A stretch of DNA of 64,000 nt from Abditibacteriaceae bacterium (GTDB lineage: Bacteria; Armatimonadota; Abditibacteriia; Abditibacteriales; Abditibacteriaceae), in NCBI GenBank assembly GCA_965277285.1, contig OZ255721.1:3392001-3456000 (forward strand). The letters are read 5' to 3'. Position 1 is the first letter of the stretch. Every line of letters starts with the position of its first letter. A program made the position numbers and the translations under genes. Below the pieces are notes generated by a model. The model did not search any database, was not told the DNA's origin, and saw only the letters and a program-made list of their open reading frames with translations. Of the stretch, positions 10,603 to 19,110 are shown one piece after another.

Positions 10603-11622
10603 ATGAAAATTGCGATTGTCGGCGCGGGAATATCGGGTTTGGGCGCGGCGCGATGGTTAAAATCGCGCGGCCACAATGTGACTTTGTGGGAAAAAAGTGC
10701 GTCAGTTGGCGGACGAATCGCCACGCGGCGCTTGGAAGAAAACGATCAAGAAACATGCTTTGATAGCGGCGCGCAGAACATCAAATCCGCCAATCGAGTA
10801 CTCGAAAGCGAATTGCAAATGCTTGGTTTCGATCAGCAAGTTTTTATTGACTCACCAATTTGTTTGCGCGACGGTAGCCAGATTTTACCCGCCGACAGCG
10901 AAGCCAACGCCGAAGCGAAATGGAGTTGCCAGAAGGGAATGCGCGCCATGCCGCAATTTCTCGCGCAAGGTTTGGATGTGCGCTTGAACACGCGCGTTTC
11001 GCGCCTGGAAAAAGCCGAAAACCATTGGGTTCTGCGCGGTGACGACAATCGAGTACTCGATTCGGCTGAACGCGTCATCGTTACGCTTCCTGCGCCGCAA
11101 GCCGCTGATTTGTTGGCCGCCAGCGATGAACCGAACGCGGCGCGCATCGCACTTTTGCGTTCTATTCAATACTCGCGCTGCCTTTCGGTTTTGCTGCGCT
11201 ACGAAGTTGCGAGCGACGATTTAGGTTTTTATGCGTTGTTGTCGAAAGATCGCGCCGCGCCGTTGTTGTGGCTGGCGCGCGAAAACGCCAAAGGTTTCGC
11301 GCCCGATAATTCAACGGCGCTCGTCGCGCAATTAGGCGACGCCACAAGTCGCGCGTTGTGGGACGCCAACGACGCAGAAATCGTGCGCCAAACCGAAAAT
11401 TGGATACACGAAATCGACGCACGTTTTACAACTTCAAATTGGAATTTCGTCAAACGTTGGCGTTATTCACAGCCGAAAAACCCGATTACCTTTGAAGATG
11501 CGAACACAGTTGAAGATCGAGTACTCGTTTGCGGCGATGGTTTATCAAAAGCGCGCGTCGTCGATGCGTGGGAAAGCGGAGAAACGGCGGCGCGTTGGTT
11601 GTTGAACGGAGCGGAACTATGA
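10603..11622 (+). CDS. Renalase-like FAD-dependent oxidoreductase
   Basis: MKIAIVGAGISG, EKS..GGRIATRR, FDSGAQ, KRWRYSQP, CGDG...AWESG. Confidence 0.88.
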   Translation: MKIAIVGAGISGLGAARWLKSRGHNVTLWEKSASVGGRIATRRLEENDQETCFDSGAQNIKSANRVLESELQMLGFDQQVFIDSPICLRDGSQILPADSEANAEAKWSCQKGMRAMPQFLAQGLDVRLNTRVSRLEKAENHWVLRGDDNRVLDSAERVIVTLPAPQAADLLAASDEPNAARIALLRSIQYSRCLSVLLRYEVASDDLGFYALLSKDRAAPLLWLARENAKGFAPDNSTALVAQLGDATSRALWDANDAEIVRQTENWIHEIDARFTTSNWNFVKRWRYSQPKNPITFEDANTVEDRVLVCGDGLSKARVVDAWESGETAARWLLNGAEL

Positions 11623-11668
11623 TGGGTTTCTGGTGAGAAGTCGTTGGAATCTGCGTAAGGATGCCTTT

Positions 11669-12163
11669 ATGATTGAACATGGTTTTATTGGTGGTGATGG
11701 TGGGCCAATAATTGTGCTGCAAGCCAGCGCAATATCGCAATGGAAAGGCGCGGTTGATTTCGAGGATAGTTTGATGAACGGCGGCGCTTTGGAAACCGAT
11801 TACGATGTTATCTGCGAGAGCAAAAAGCATATTCTCAAAAGATACGACTGCGATATGTTGGTGTTGGATGATAGCGAATGGTGCACTCACGTTTTTACTC
11901 TTTCTTCAGGCGCGATTGCATTTGTTCAGCCCTATGGGACAGAGGAAAATGTAGGCGCGCTTCTAAATCGCCTTTTTCAAACGCAGCCTTCCGAGTCGTT
12001 TCCAATGGACGTTCAAGACACGTTTTTGCGTCTTCTCGTCGGCGCCGATGACGGCAACGGCAGTTGTTACAGTTACGAAGACGTGCCGATTGTGCCAGGT
12101 ACCAAGCGTTGCGATTTATTCTTGTCGTCCGACGAACTGGTTCTCATTATCAACGCGGTTTAA
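11669..12163 (+). CDS. Probable Imm21-family immunity protein
   Basis: GGGP-like 'GDGGPIIVL...W.G...DYDVIC' pattern; more AT-rich than its neighbours. Confidence 0.6.
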   Translation: MIEHGFIGGDGGPIIVLQASAISQWKGAVDFEDSLMNGGALETDYDVICESKKHILKRYDCDMLVLDDSEWCTHVFTLSSGAIAFVQPYGTEENVGALLNRLFQTQPSESFPMDVQDTFLRLLVGADDGNGSCYSYEDVPIVPGTKRCDLFLSSDELVLIINAV

Positions 12164-12191
12164 CCAAATTTCTCCAAATCTGCCGCAAAAC

Positions 12192-12223
12192 AAAAGCGCT
12201 ATCGAGTACTCGACAGCGCTTTT
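12192..12223. terminator. Bidirectional terminator-like hairpin with the palindrome at its apex
   Basis: AAAAGCGCT-ATCGAGTACTCGAC-AGCGCTTTT between convergent genes. Confidence 0.7.
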
Positions 12224-12299
12224 TAGATCGCAATTACCACTTTGGGCGCAAGAACATTTGCATGACCTGGTGTCATCGCTGGCGTTGGACAAAAGCCAA

Positions 12300-14306
12300 C
12301 TACAACGCGCGTTTTGAATTGAGCGATGCGGTGAAGGACAGCGCAAATTCGGCGTCGCGCGGCAAGTGCAATCGCTTATGGAAGAGGAACGCTGAACTTT
12401 GGTGCATTTGCTCGATGGTGCCGCCTTCTTTTTGCGACACGCTGCAAATTGGGATGTGCCACATTTCCAAAGCTTGCGAAAACTGCCATTCGGCTTGAAG
12501 CTGCAACCATCCATCGGCGGCAATCGGGTTTGTCACGTTATGGAAAACCGCGACCTGGTCGAAAGGCAATTGCTTTTTGTGATCTTCCGCGTGATAATGG
12601 CGCGTCGGAAGGTCGGTTCCCGACATCGCCACGTTCCACTCATTGGCCCACCAAACATCGAGAGGCGTTTGCGAAATGTTGCGAATCGAGTACTCGATTT
12701 CGAGCGTGCTCGAACCGGGGCGCAAGGTCAACGATTTTGTGAGGGAAAGCGGTTGATGTTGTCCGTTCGACCACACGCCGCCGTCGCGCGTCAGGCGAAT
12801 GGTTGCTTCATCGCGGCTCGATTTCGTTTGAAAATGCCACGCTTCGCTGATAAAGTCGCCTTGCTCTGGGAAACGCGATTGCGCAAAGTTTTCAGGTGTC
12901 GTGGTGGCGCCCAGAAAATGGTCGAGCAGGGCAGCGCGCGGATACCAATCTTCGGGCGAATCGGGAGCAAGATACGGTTCGTGATAACGCCGTAACGTCG
13001 ACAGCACGTTGTGACGCGACGCTTTGCTCGTCCAATTCCAAATGTGACCGCCAATCGGTCGCACGCTGAGGCGCACCAATTCGTTTTCCAGTGTCAATTC
13101 GCCGTTGGGTTTTTGCGTCAAGCGCACAAAAGGTTTGCTGCCTTCAATAGCGACTTGCGCTTCAATGGTTTTTGCATAAAGCGCTTGCCGCAGGTGGCGC
13201 AAATACAAGCCGCCGAACGTGCCATGCCACAAAGCATCGTTGCTTTGCGCCTGCAAAAGAAGGTTGTGAGCGTTTTTAGTGGAAGCACTCGCGCCTGCAG
13301 CGTTCTTGTTTTCGGAAGCCTGCAGCAGTTCGCAGACGCGCAAAACTTCTTCCTGTATGTCGCGGCTTTCGCGGTAACGATTGAGGAAATTGCGCCAATT
13401 GCCGCCCGACCAACCTTGCATTTCCTCATAGGAACCGGCAGGCAAAGCGATCTGGCGCGGCGCGCAGCGAGGAGTTGCGGTTCGAGTACTCGAACTGCGT
13501 CGTGCATCAAGAATTTGCGACGGCGTGGCGGTTTGCAGCCAATCGCTGTTTTCTTCGAGCAACGTGAAAAAATTGTCGAGCCAGCCTTCTTCGTAGATGA
13601 ATTTGAAGGTGCCAGGCCAGCCGCCGAATTTTTCGCCATCGTCGGCGAACACGACAATGGCGTCGTCGCCTTTTTGCTCGTAAACGCCCTTAAAGTAATC
13701 AATCGATGCCGCGCCTTCGCGCCAGGGAAGGATATAGCGCAAAGGTTGATTGAGCAGAAAAACTGCGAGTTTTTGCGGCTCGTCATGAAGATCCGAGTAT
13801 TCGTTTTGCGGCGCTGAGACTTCAAAAATATCGAACGACTCGGAGCTGCGAACGCTCGCTTCCTCGAAAACGATGCCGTCCACAAAAGTGTATTCCAACC
13901 CGGCCTGGCGAATTGTTGTGGCGAGTTGCGGTTCCCAAACGCGCTCAGCGAGCCACATTCCACGCGGCTTTTGCCCGAAAAGTTCCTGGACGCGCTGGCT
14001 CAATAATTTGAGTTGCGCGATTTGATCGTCGTGTGGCCAAATCGCCAAAATCGGTTCATAATAGCCGCCGCCCAAGATTTCGACCTGACCGCGCGATACG
14101 AGAGCGCGAATTTTCTCAAGCGTTTGTGGCTTGTGTTCGACCATCCAATCGAGCAAAGGGCCGGTATAATGCAGCGCGACCTTGACCTGAGGATGCTTTT
14201 CCAAAACTTCGAGAAATGGCGCATACGAATCGCGCCAGGCATCTTCAAACGACCAGGGAAGTTGTCCGACCGGCTGATGATTATGAAAAGCAAGCGAGAG
14301 AAACAT
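12300..14306 (-). CDS. GH57 alpha-amylase / 4-alpha-glucanotransferase with C-terminal DUF1926-type domain
   Basis: HNHQP, GGYYEPIL, GMWLAERVWEP, DDGEKFGGWP, AQSNDALWHGTFGGLY. Confidence 0.92.
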   Translation of the reverse strand: MFLSLAFHNHQPVGQLPWSFEDAWRDSYAPFLEVLEKHPQVKVALHYTGPLLDWMVEHKPQTLEKIRALVSRGQVEILGGGYYEPILAIWPHDDQIAQLKLLSQRVQELFGQKPRGMWLAERVWEPQLATTIRQAGLEYTFVDGIVFEEASVRSSESFDIFEVSAPQNEYSDLHDEPQKLAVFLLNQPLRYILPWREGAASIDYFKGVYEQKGDDAIVVFADDGEKFGGWPGTFKFIYEEGWLDNFFTLLEENSDWLQTATPSQILDARRSSSTRTATPRCAPRQIALPAGSYEEMQGWSGGNWRNFLNRYRESRDIQEEVLRVCELLQASENKNAAGASASTKNAHNLLLQAQSNDALWHGTFGGLYLRHLRQALYAKTIEAQVAIEGSKPFVRLTQKPNGELTLENELVRLSVRPIGGHIWNWTSKASRHNVLSTLRRYHEPYLAPDSPEDWYPRAALLDHFLGATTTPENFAQSRFPEQGDFISEAWHFQTKSSRDEATIRLTRDGGVWSNGQHQPLSLTKSLTLRPGSSTLEIEYSIRNISQTPLDVWWANEWNVAMSGTDLPTRHYHAEDHKKQLPFDQVAVFHNVTNPIAADGWLQLQAEWQFSQALEMWHIPICSVSQKEGGTIEQMHQSSAFLFHKRLHLPRDAEFALSFTASLNSKRAL

Positions 14307-14407
14307 AGAAAATGGTCTGGGACTTTGGTCTTCGAGGCACGGAGGCGCCAGATTATAGCGCCATGCGGCTGATATGGGCGCGAAAATTGGGTGACGTTGA
14401 GATTTTG

Positions 14408-15064
14408 TCAGGGCGCGTCTGCGGGCAATAACTGCGCCGAAATGATAAGACGATTGGTGCTGCGCGGCAGCGTGCAAGTATAAAGCGTCAGCATGGGCGG
14501 CGCGTCCGCTGCCACCGCTTTTACGCTCGCAGCCTGCGTATCGGCGGCCTGGTACGATTGCACGACCTGATAGCGAAAACTTTGGTGTGGCGTACGCAAA
14601 GTGATTTTCATTCCGGGCAACAATTCATCGACGCGATAAAAATACGAGCCGTAAATGTTGCGATGACCGGCGATGACGCAGTTTCCGGTTTGTCCGGGCA
14701 AAGCGGAAAACGGATCGTGCCCCGGCCCATCGCGCAGGCTGTCTTCGTCTTCGCCCTGCACCACAACGGCATCGAGATTGATTTCAGGAATGATGATGCG
14801 CGTCGGCGGCCAATCGGCGATTTGCGTTTTTTTCGTGGACGCACTTTTCGTGTGGATATTGGACTTTCGCGTACTCGAAGTCAGCGAAACGGGCTGCGCA
14901 GCAGCCTTTTGCCAAGCGCGTTCGAGTTGCGCTTGATGCCAGCGCGCCCAAACAGTTTGTCCGACAGGCCACAACGCCAGAACCACGCCACTCAGCGCGA
15001 CCAGGCTTAAGGTGCCGCGCAAAAAACGCTTCGATGAATTGTCCTCGATGGAACGGGTTTGCAT
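14408..15064 (-). CDS. Sortase (class D/E-like)
   Basis: N-terminal TM helix; GPGH, IAGHRN, LTLYTC and downstream R form the His/Cys/Arg triad. Confidence 0.9.
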   Translation of the reverse strand: MQTRSIEDNSSKRFLRGTLSLVALSGVVLALWPVGQTVWARWHQAQLERAWQKAAAQPVSLTSSTRKSNIHTKSASTKKTQIADWPPTRIIIPEINLDAVVVQGEDEDSLRDGPGHDPFSALPGQTGNCVIAGHRNIYGSYFYRVDELLPGMKITLRTPHQSFRYQVVQSYQAADTQAASVKAVAADAPPMLTLYTCTLPRSTNRLIISAQLLPADAP

Positions 15065-15113
15065 AAAGTCAAGTTTACGAAAACACGCGATACAAAAACG
15101 CGGCAGAAACAAA

Positions 15114-15152
15114 AACGCCGCGCTCTCATCCTTAAAATGAGGGCGCAGCGTT
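15114..15152 (-). terminator. Hairpin/terminator between the sortase substrate and the sortase
   Basis: AACGCCGCGCTCTCAT...ATGAGGGCGCAGCGTT, with a T-run on the minus strand. Confidence 0.55.
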
Positions 15153-15176
15153 GATGCGTATTCTATGCTGTAAAGA

Positions 15177-15563
15177 TTAGTTGATGCGGCGGCGCAAGGT
15201 CAGCGCGCCTCCGGCCAGGGCGATGCCAGCCAAAGCCATCATCCAGGGTTCGCCGCCGGTTTTGGCCAGCGTGCTGTCATCGGTCGCGGTGGTGTCGCTG
15301 CTGTTGGACGTGATCGTTGTGCTGTCTCCCGTCTGCTGATTGCTGACAGTGCCGGACGAGGCATTGCTCGCGCCTGGTGCGCCACTGTATCCGCTGCTTG
15401 GCGCGCCGCTATATGGGCTGCTGCTTGGTGCGCCGCTGTACGGACTGCTGCCCGGCACGCCGCCAGGGCCACCCGATGACGATGTCTGCGCATGCGCGAC
15501 GCCGCTCAACAGCAGTGCGCTTCCCAATCCCAACAACGAAGCCAAACGTGTTTTCTGAACCAT
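15177..15563 (-). CDS. Small secreted Ser/Gly-rich protein with a C-terminal LAKTG sorting signal
   Basis: Signal peptide (AHA|Q), low-complexity body, LAKTGG, hydrophobic stretch and RRR tail. Confidence 0.85.
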   Translation of the reverse strand: MVQKTRLASLLGLGSALLLSGVAHAQTSSSGGPGGVPGSSPYSGAPSSSPYSGAPSSGYSGAPGASNASSGTVSNQQTGDSTTITSNSSDTTATDDSTLAKTGGEPWMMALAGIALAGGALTLRRRIN

Positions 15564-15793
15564 TGGAATTCTCCTCAGTAAGTTGCTTCTTTATTTTCAC
15601 ACTTTGTGTCTCGCAACGCAAATAATCAGAAATAATTTGGTCGCCGCCACAATTCCGGCCTCGGCTTTCGTGCCGTTAATTGCTACGCCGGTTGCAATCT
15701 TTAGACCAATAACAGCGCTTAAAGGAGCACCTTCGTTCATGGCGTGTGCATTGCGCTTGCTGCTTTTCGCCGCTGTACTACACTGCCTGACGC

Positions 15794-16891
15794 ATGAAAA
15801 CGCGCCTACCACTCCTTTCGGTGACCTCGACATCAGGCATCGAGTACTCGAAATCTTCTTTGCAACCTTCGGCCAAAGATCGCGCGCGCTGGATTCTTTT
15901 AATCGCCTTACTTCTGTTTGTTATCGCTTTGGCGGCGACTTTGGGCGCACCAGTTCCTTTATCCGATTTGTGGTCGAGCGATGCCGAAAAGTTGCAAATC
16001 GCGCGGCGCATTTTCTGGCGCGATGACGGCTGGTGGAGCGGCGATTGGGGTTTGCGCCCCGTCCGCATTTTCGCCGGACTTTTGGTCGGCGCAAGTCTGG
16101 CGTCGTCCGGCGCGTGTTTGCAAAGCGTGTTTCGCAATCCGCTCGCCGAACCGTATTTGCTGGGCGTTTCCAGCGGCGGCGCGTTGGGCGCGACCATCGG
16201 TTTGTGGCTGCAAAATCGCGCCTCGTTCGGCTACGATTTGGCGGTTCCTCTGGCGTTTGGCGGCGCGCTCTTGGCTTCGTTTGCGGTTTATGCTTTGGGC
16301 GCGCGTTCGAGTACTCGATCTGCTGTGCAAAGCAATCGTGGCGCGTTGTTATTGACCGGCGTCGCAATTTCCGCGTTTCTTAGCGCGCTGATGACTTTGA
16401 TTTTATCGCTGGGCGACAGCGCGAACCTGGCGCAACAGATTTTGTTCTGGAGCCTGGGAACGCTGACGCGCAGTTCGCCCGCGCAAAATATCCTTTTACT
16501 GTTCGCTCTCGTTCTGGGAATGACGATTTTGCTGGGTTCCAGCCGCGATTTGAACGCCTTGCGCGCAGGCGATGAAGAAGCGCAAACCTTGGGCGTCGAT
16601 GTGCGCAAGTTGCATTTTCGCTTGCTTTTGGCCGCCGCGTTGATGAGCGCGGTTGCCGTCGCGTTCTGCGGCCTGATCGGTTTCGTCGGATTATTGGCGC
16701 CTCACGGCGTGCGACGAATCTTCGGCAGCGATGCGCGAACTCTGGTTCCTGCCGCAGCCGTCGGAGGTGCAACGTTGCTGGTGGCCTGCGATGCGATTGC
16801 GCGTTCGGTCGCCTCGCCGGTGGAACTTCCAGTTGGCGTCGTCACCGCGCTGTTGGGCGTGCCTTTGTTCTTATGGCTGGCACGACGATAA
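15794..16891 (+). CDS. FecCD/BtuC-family ABC transporter permease
   Basis: RNPLAEPYLLGVSSG, GDEEAQTLGV, GLIGFVGL, ELPVGVVTALLG. Confidence 0.93.
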   Translation: MKTRLPLLSVTSTSGIEYSKSSLQPSAKDRARWILLIALLLFVIALAATLGAPVPLSDLWSSDAEKLQIARRIFWRDDGWWSGDWGLRPVRIFAGLLVGASLASSGACLQSVFRNPLAEPYLLGVSSGGALGATIGLWLQNRASFGYDLAVPLAFGGALLASFAVYALGARSSTRSAVQSNRGALLLTGVAISAFLSALMTLILSLGDSANLAQQILFWSLGTLTRSSPAQNILLLFALVLGMTILLGSSRDLNALRAGDEEAQTLGVDVRKLHFRLLLAAALMSAVAVAFCGLIGFVGLLAPHGVRRIFGSDARTLVPAAAVGGATLLVACDAIARSVASPVELPVGVVTALLGVPLFLWLARR

Positions 16892-16932
16892 GTTTTCTCT
16901 GCCAGCGAAAAGACGCGAAAAAAGAGCGGAAT

Positions 16933-17018
16933 AACGAACCCGGAGCGTGAGCGATGGGCTGACATAAGAGTTACATGAAACCATCGGGTAAGCCCATCGC
17001 TCACGCTCCGGGTTCGTT
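16933..17018. repeat. Long-hairpin REP-like element, family A
   Basis: AACGAACCCGGAGCGTGAGCGATGGGCT and its perfect reverse complement at 16991-17018. Confidence 0.85.
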
Positions 17019-17053
17019 GGTTTTCCTTCATTCGTTAGAACGGAAGTGGTTTT

Positions 17054-17839
17054 TTGATGCTCGAAATTCAATCCATCAGCGCCGGTTATACAACGGAAAA
17101 TATCTTGCAAAACGTTTCGCTTCAGGTCGGCGTGGGCGAAATCGTGTCCGTGATTGGCCCGAATGGTTGCGGCAAATCGACGTTGTTGCGCTGCATCACC
17201 GGACAATTGAGTACTCGAACGGGCGGCGTTTTAATCGAAGACAAAGACGTGGCGCAAATGCCGTTGCGTGAACGCGCGCGACGCATCGCGTTGTTGCCGC
17301 AAAACTTCGCGGGCGACGACGATTTAACCGTCGAAGAAACGGTCGCTCTGGGACGCACGCCGCATCTTTCGCCGTATGGAACGTTGAGCGCGCACGACCA
17401 TGAAACTGTCAATCGAGTACTCGAAGCGACGAATACCAGCCAGTTTGCGGTTCGTCGTATTGGCGAACTTTCGGGCGGCGAACGGCAGCGCGTCGGTTTG
17501 GCGCGCGCTCTGGCGCAGCAGCCGCGCGTTTTGCTGTTGGACGAACCGACTTCCAACCTCGATTTGCGCTATCAACACGAATTGCTGGCTTTGGTACAAA
17601 AAGTCGCGCGGCGCGACCAAATCGCGGTCGTTCTGGTGTTGCATCAAATTAACCTGGCGGCAGCGGTTTCCGATTCGATGTTGCTGCTGGAGAATGGGCA
17701 AACGCGCGCTCAGGGTTCGCCTTCTGACGTGATGACGCGCGACAATTTGGAAGCGGTTTATCAAGTGCCGCTCACAGTTTCAAATAACGCGACAAGCGGA
17801 CGACCTCAAGCGCAATCGGCGTGGCAGTTTAGGTTGTAG
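17054..17839 (+). CDS. Iron-chelate/cobalamin ABC transporter ATPase
   Basis: GPNGCGKST, LSGGERQRV, LLLDEPT. Confidence 0.93.
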   Translation: MMLEIQSISAGYTTENILQNVSLQVGVGEIVSVIGPNGCGKSTLLRCITGQLSTRTGGVLIEDKDVAQMPLRERARRIALLPQNFAGDDDLTVEETVALGRTPHLSPYGTLSAHDHETVNRVLEATNTSQFAVRRIGELSGGERQRVGLARALAQQPRVLLLDEPTSNLDLRYQHELLALVQKVARRDQIAVVLVLHQINLAAAVSDSMLLLENGQTRAQGSPSDVMTRDNLEAVYQVPLTVSNNATSGRPQAQSAWQFRL

Positions 17840-17929
17840 GGCCATGGCTTTCCATGTCCGCTGTGCGACAGGATTGTTCTAATGGCACGAGTCACCCAAC
17901 GGCGCGGACATGGAAAGCCATGGCCCTAC
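17836..17929. repeat. GTAG-type REP doublet (REPIN-like)
   Basis: GTAGGGCCATGGCTTTCCATGTCCGC ... GCGGACATGGAAAGCCATGGCCCTAC; the ATPase TAG stop lies inside the GTAG. Confidence 0.75.
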
Positions 17930-17978
17930 GAGTACTCGATTCCACGGAATTGCCAACTCGCTTTGCTATAATCTTCCC

Positions 17979-18977
17979 GTGATTTCCCGTTATTCTCGTT
18001 TCTTCGCCTTGTGCTCGCTGCTTTTTATCGCGGGTTGTTCGGGGCATTTGCCACAAAACAACGATCCCAAAGCGATGGCGCAATGGAAGGAGCGCTATGG
18101 CGACAATGACACTTCGTCGCAGGTTCTCAACACCATGCCGCGCGACGATCTGGATCGCGTTGTCGAGCTGAAAGCGGTTCCCAAACGTGTTCTTGTTATC
18201 GGGCCGGGCGCAACCGAAATCGTTTACGCATTGGGCTTGGAATCGAAACTCGTCGGGCGCGATTCAGCTTCGGATTTCCCGCCCGACAAAGTTCAAAACT
18301 TACCAATTGTTGGCGATTTTAACGGGCCGAACATTGAGCGCGCTCTCGCCGCCAACCCCGATCTGGTGATTTTGCAAGGCGAAACGTATGGCGTTGATCG
18401 CGCTGATGCCTGGCAAAAACAAATCGGTGCGCCAGTTGCTTGCATCGCGGCGACAACGGTCGCGGGACTTTTGAAAGATAGTCAAAAAATCGGCACCTGG
18501 CTGGGACAAAATCAAACCAAGCCGCTTTTCGCGCTGAACTCTGTGCCTTCGAGCAGTCGAAAGTCGGACCAACCTTCGGCGATAATTGAAATCGAGCGCC
18601 AGCCTTTTATGACGGCGGGCGGCGACACTCTGGTCGGCGATGTTTTGCGCCAGGCGGGTTTTTCCAACTCTGCGCAACCCGTCGATGGCTATAAGCCGTT
18701 CAACCTGGAAATCTTGACGGCGCATCCGCCGCAATGGTACATCGTTACTTCAAACACTTTGAAAAGCCAGGACGATGTGCGCACCAAACTGGCGAGCGAG
18801 CGGGTTCGAGTACTCGAAGAGTTGCGCGGCACCAGCGGCATCAAGAATTTGCCGTGCGTCCAACAAGGTCGCGTCCTGGTTGTTCCCGCCGATTGGATGC
18901 TGCGTCCCGGCCCGCGCGTGGCGTTGGCAATTGCGGAAATGGCGCGGCAGCGTTCGCAGTTGGGCATGGAAAAATAG
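17979..18977 (+). CDS. BtuF/FepB-like helical-backbone substrate-binding lipoprotein
   Basis: Lipobox IAGC, PKRV..GPGATEIVYALG, NIERALAANPDLV, RPGPR; start codon uncertain. Confidence 0.88.
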   Translation: MISRYSRFFALCSLLFIAGCSGHLPQNNDPKAMAQWKERYGDNDTSSQVLNTMPRDDLDRVVELKAVPKRVLVIGPGATEIVYALGLESKLVGRDSASDFPPDKVQNLPIVGDFNGPNIERALAANPDLVILQGETYGVDRADAWQKQIGAPVACIAATTVAGLLKDSQKIGTWLGQNQTKPLFALNSVPSSSRKSDQPSAIIEIERQPFMTAGGDTLVGDVLRQAGFSNSAQPVDGYKPFNLEILTAHPPQWYIVTSNTLKSQDDVRTKLASERVRVLEELRGTSGIKNLPCVQQGRVLVVPADWMLRPGPRVALAIAEMARQRSQLGMEK

Positions 18978-18990
18978 CAGCTTTCAAACC

Positions 18991-19068
18991 AACCGCGCAC
19001 GGAAGCAAGCGGGCTGAGTTGGAGCTATATCGTCGCTGAGACAAGCCCGCTTGCTTCCGCGCGCGGTT
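18991..19068. repeat. Long inverted repeat (REP-like) upstream of glmS
   Basis: AACCGCGCACGGAAGCAAGCGGGCT / AGCCCGCTTGCTTCCGCGCGCGGTT. Confidence 0.75.
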
Positions 19069-19110
19069 AGTGAAAATTACACAATGGTCGCAAGTCGTCA
19101 GGAGAAAATT

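Noticed and set aside
15564..15793. Cobalamin riboswitch upstream of the FecCD/Btu-type operon
   Set aside because: No recognisable B12-box or conserved GGGAA elements, so the transporter substrate is left unassigned.
18978..19110. glmS ribozyme upstream of glmS
   Set aside because: The gap is short and filled by a simple REP-like inverted repeat. I see no ribozyme core.
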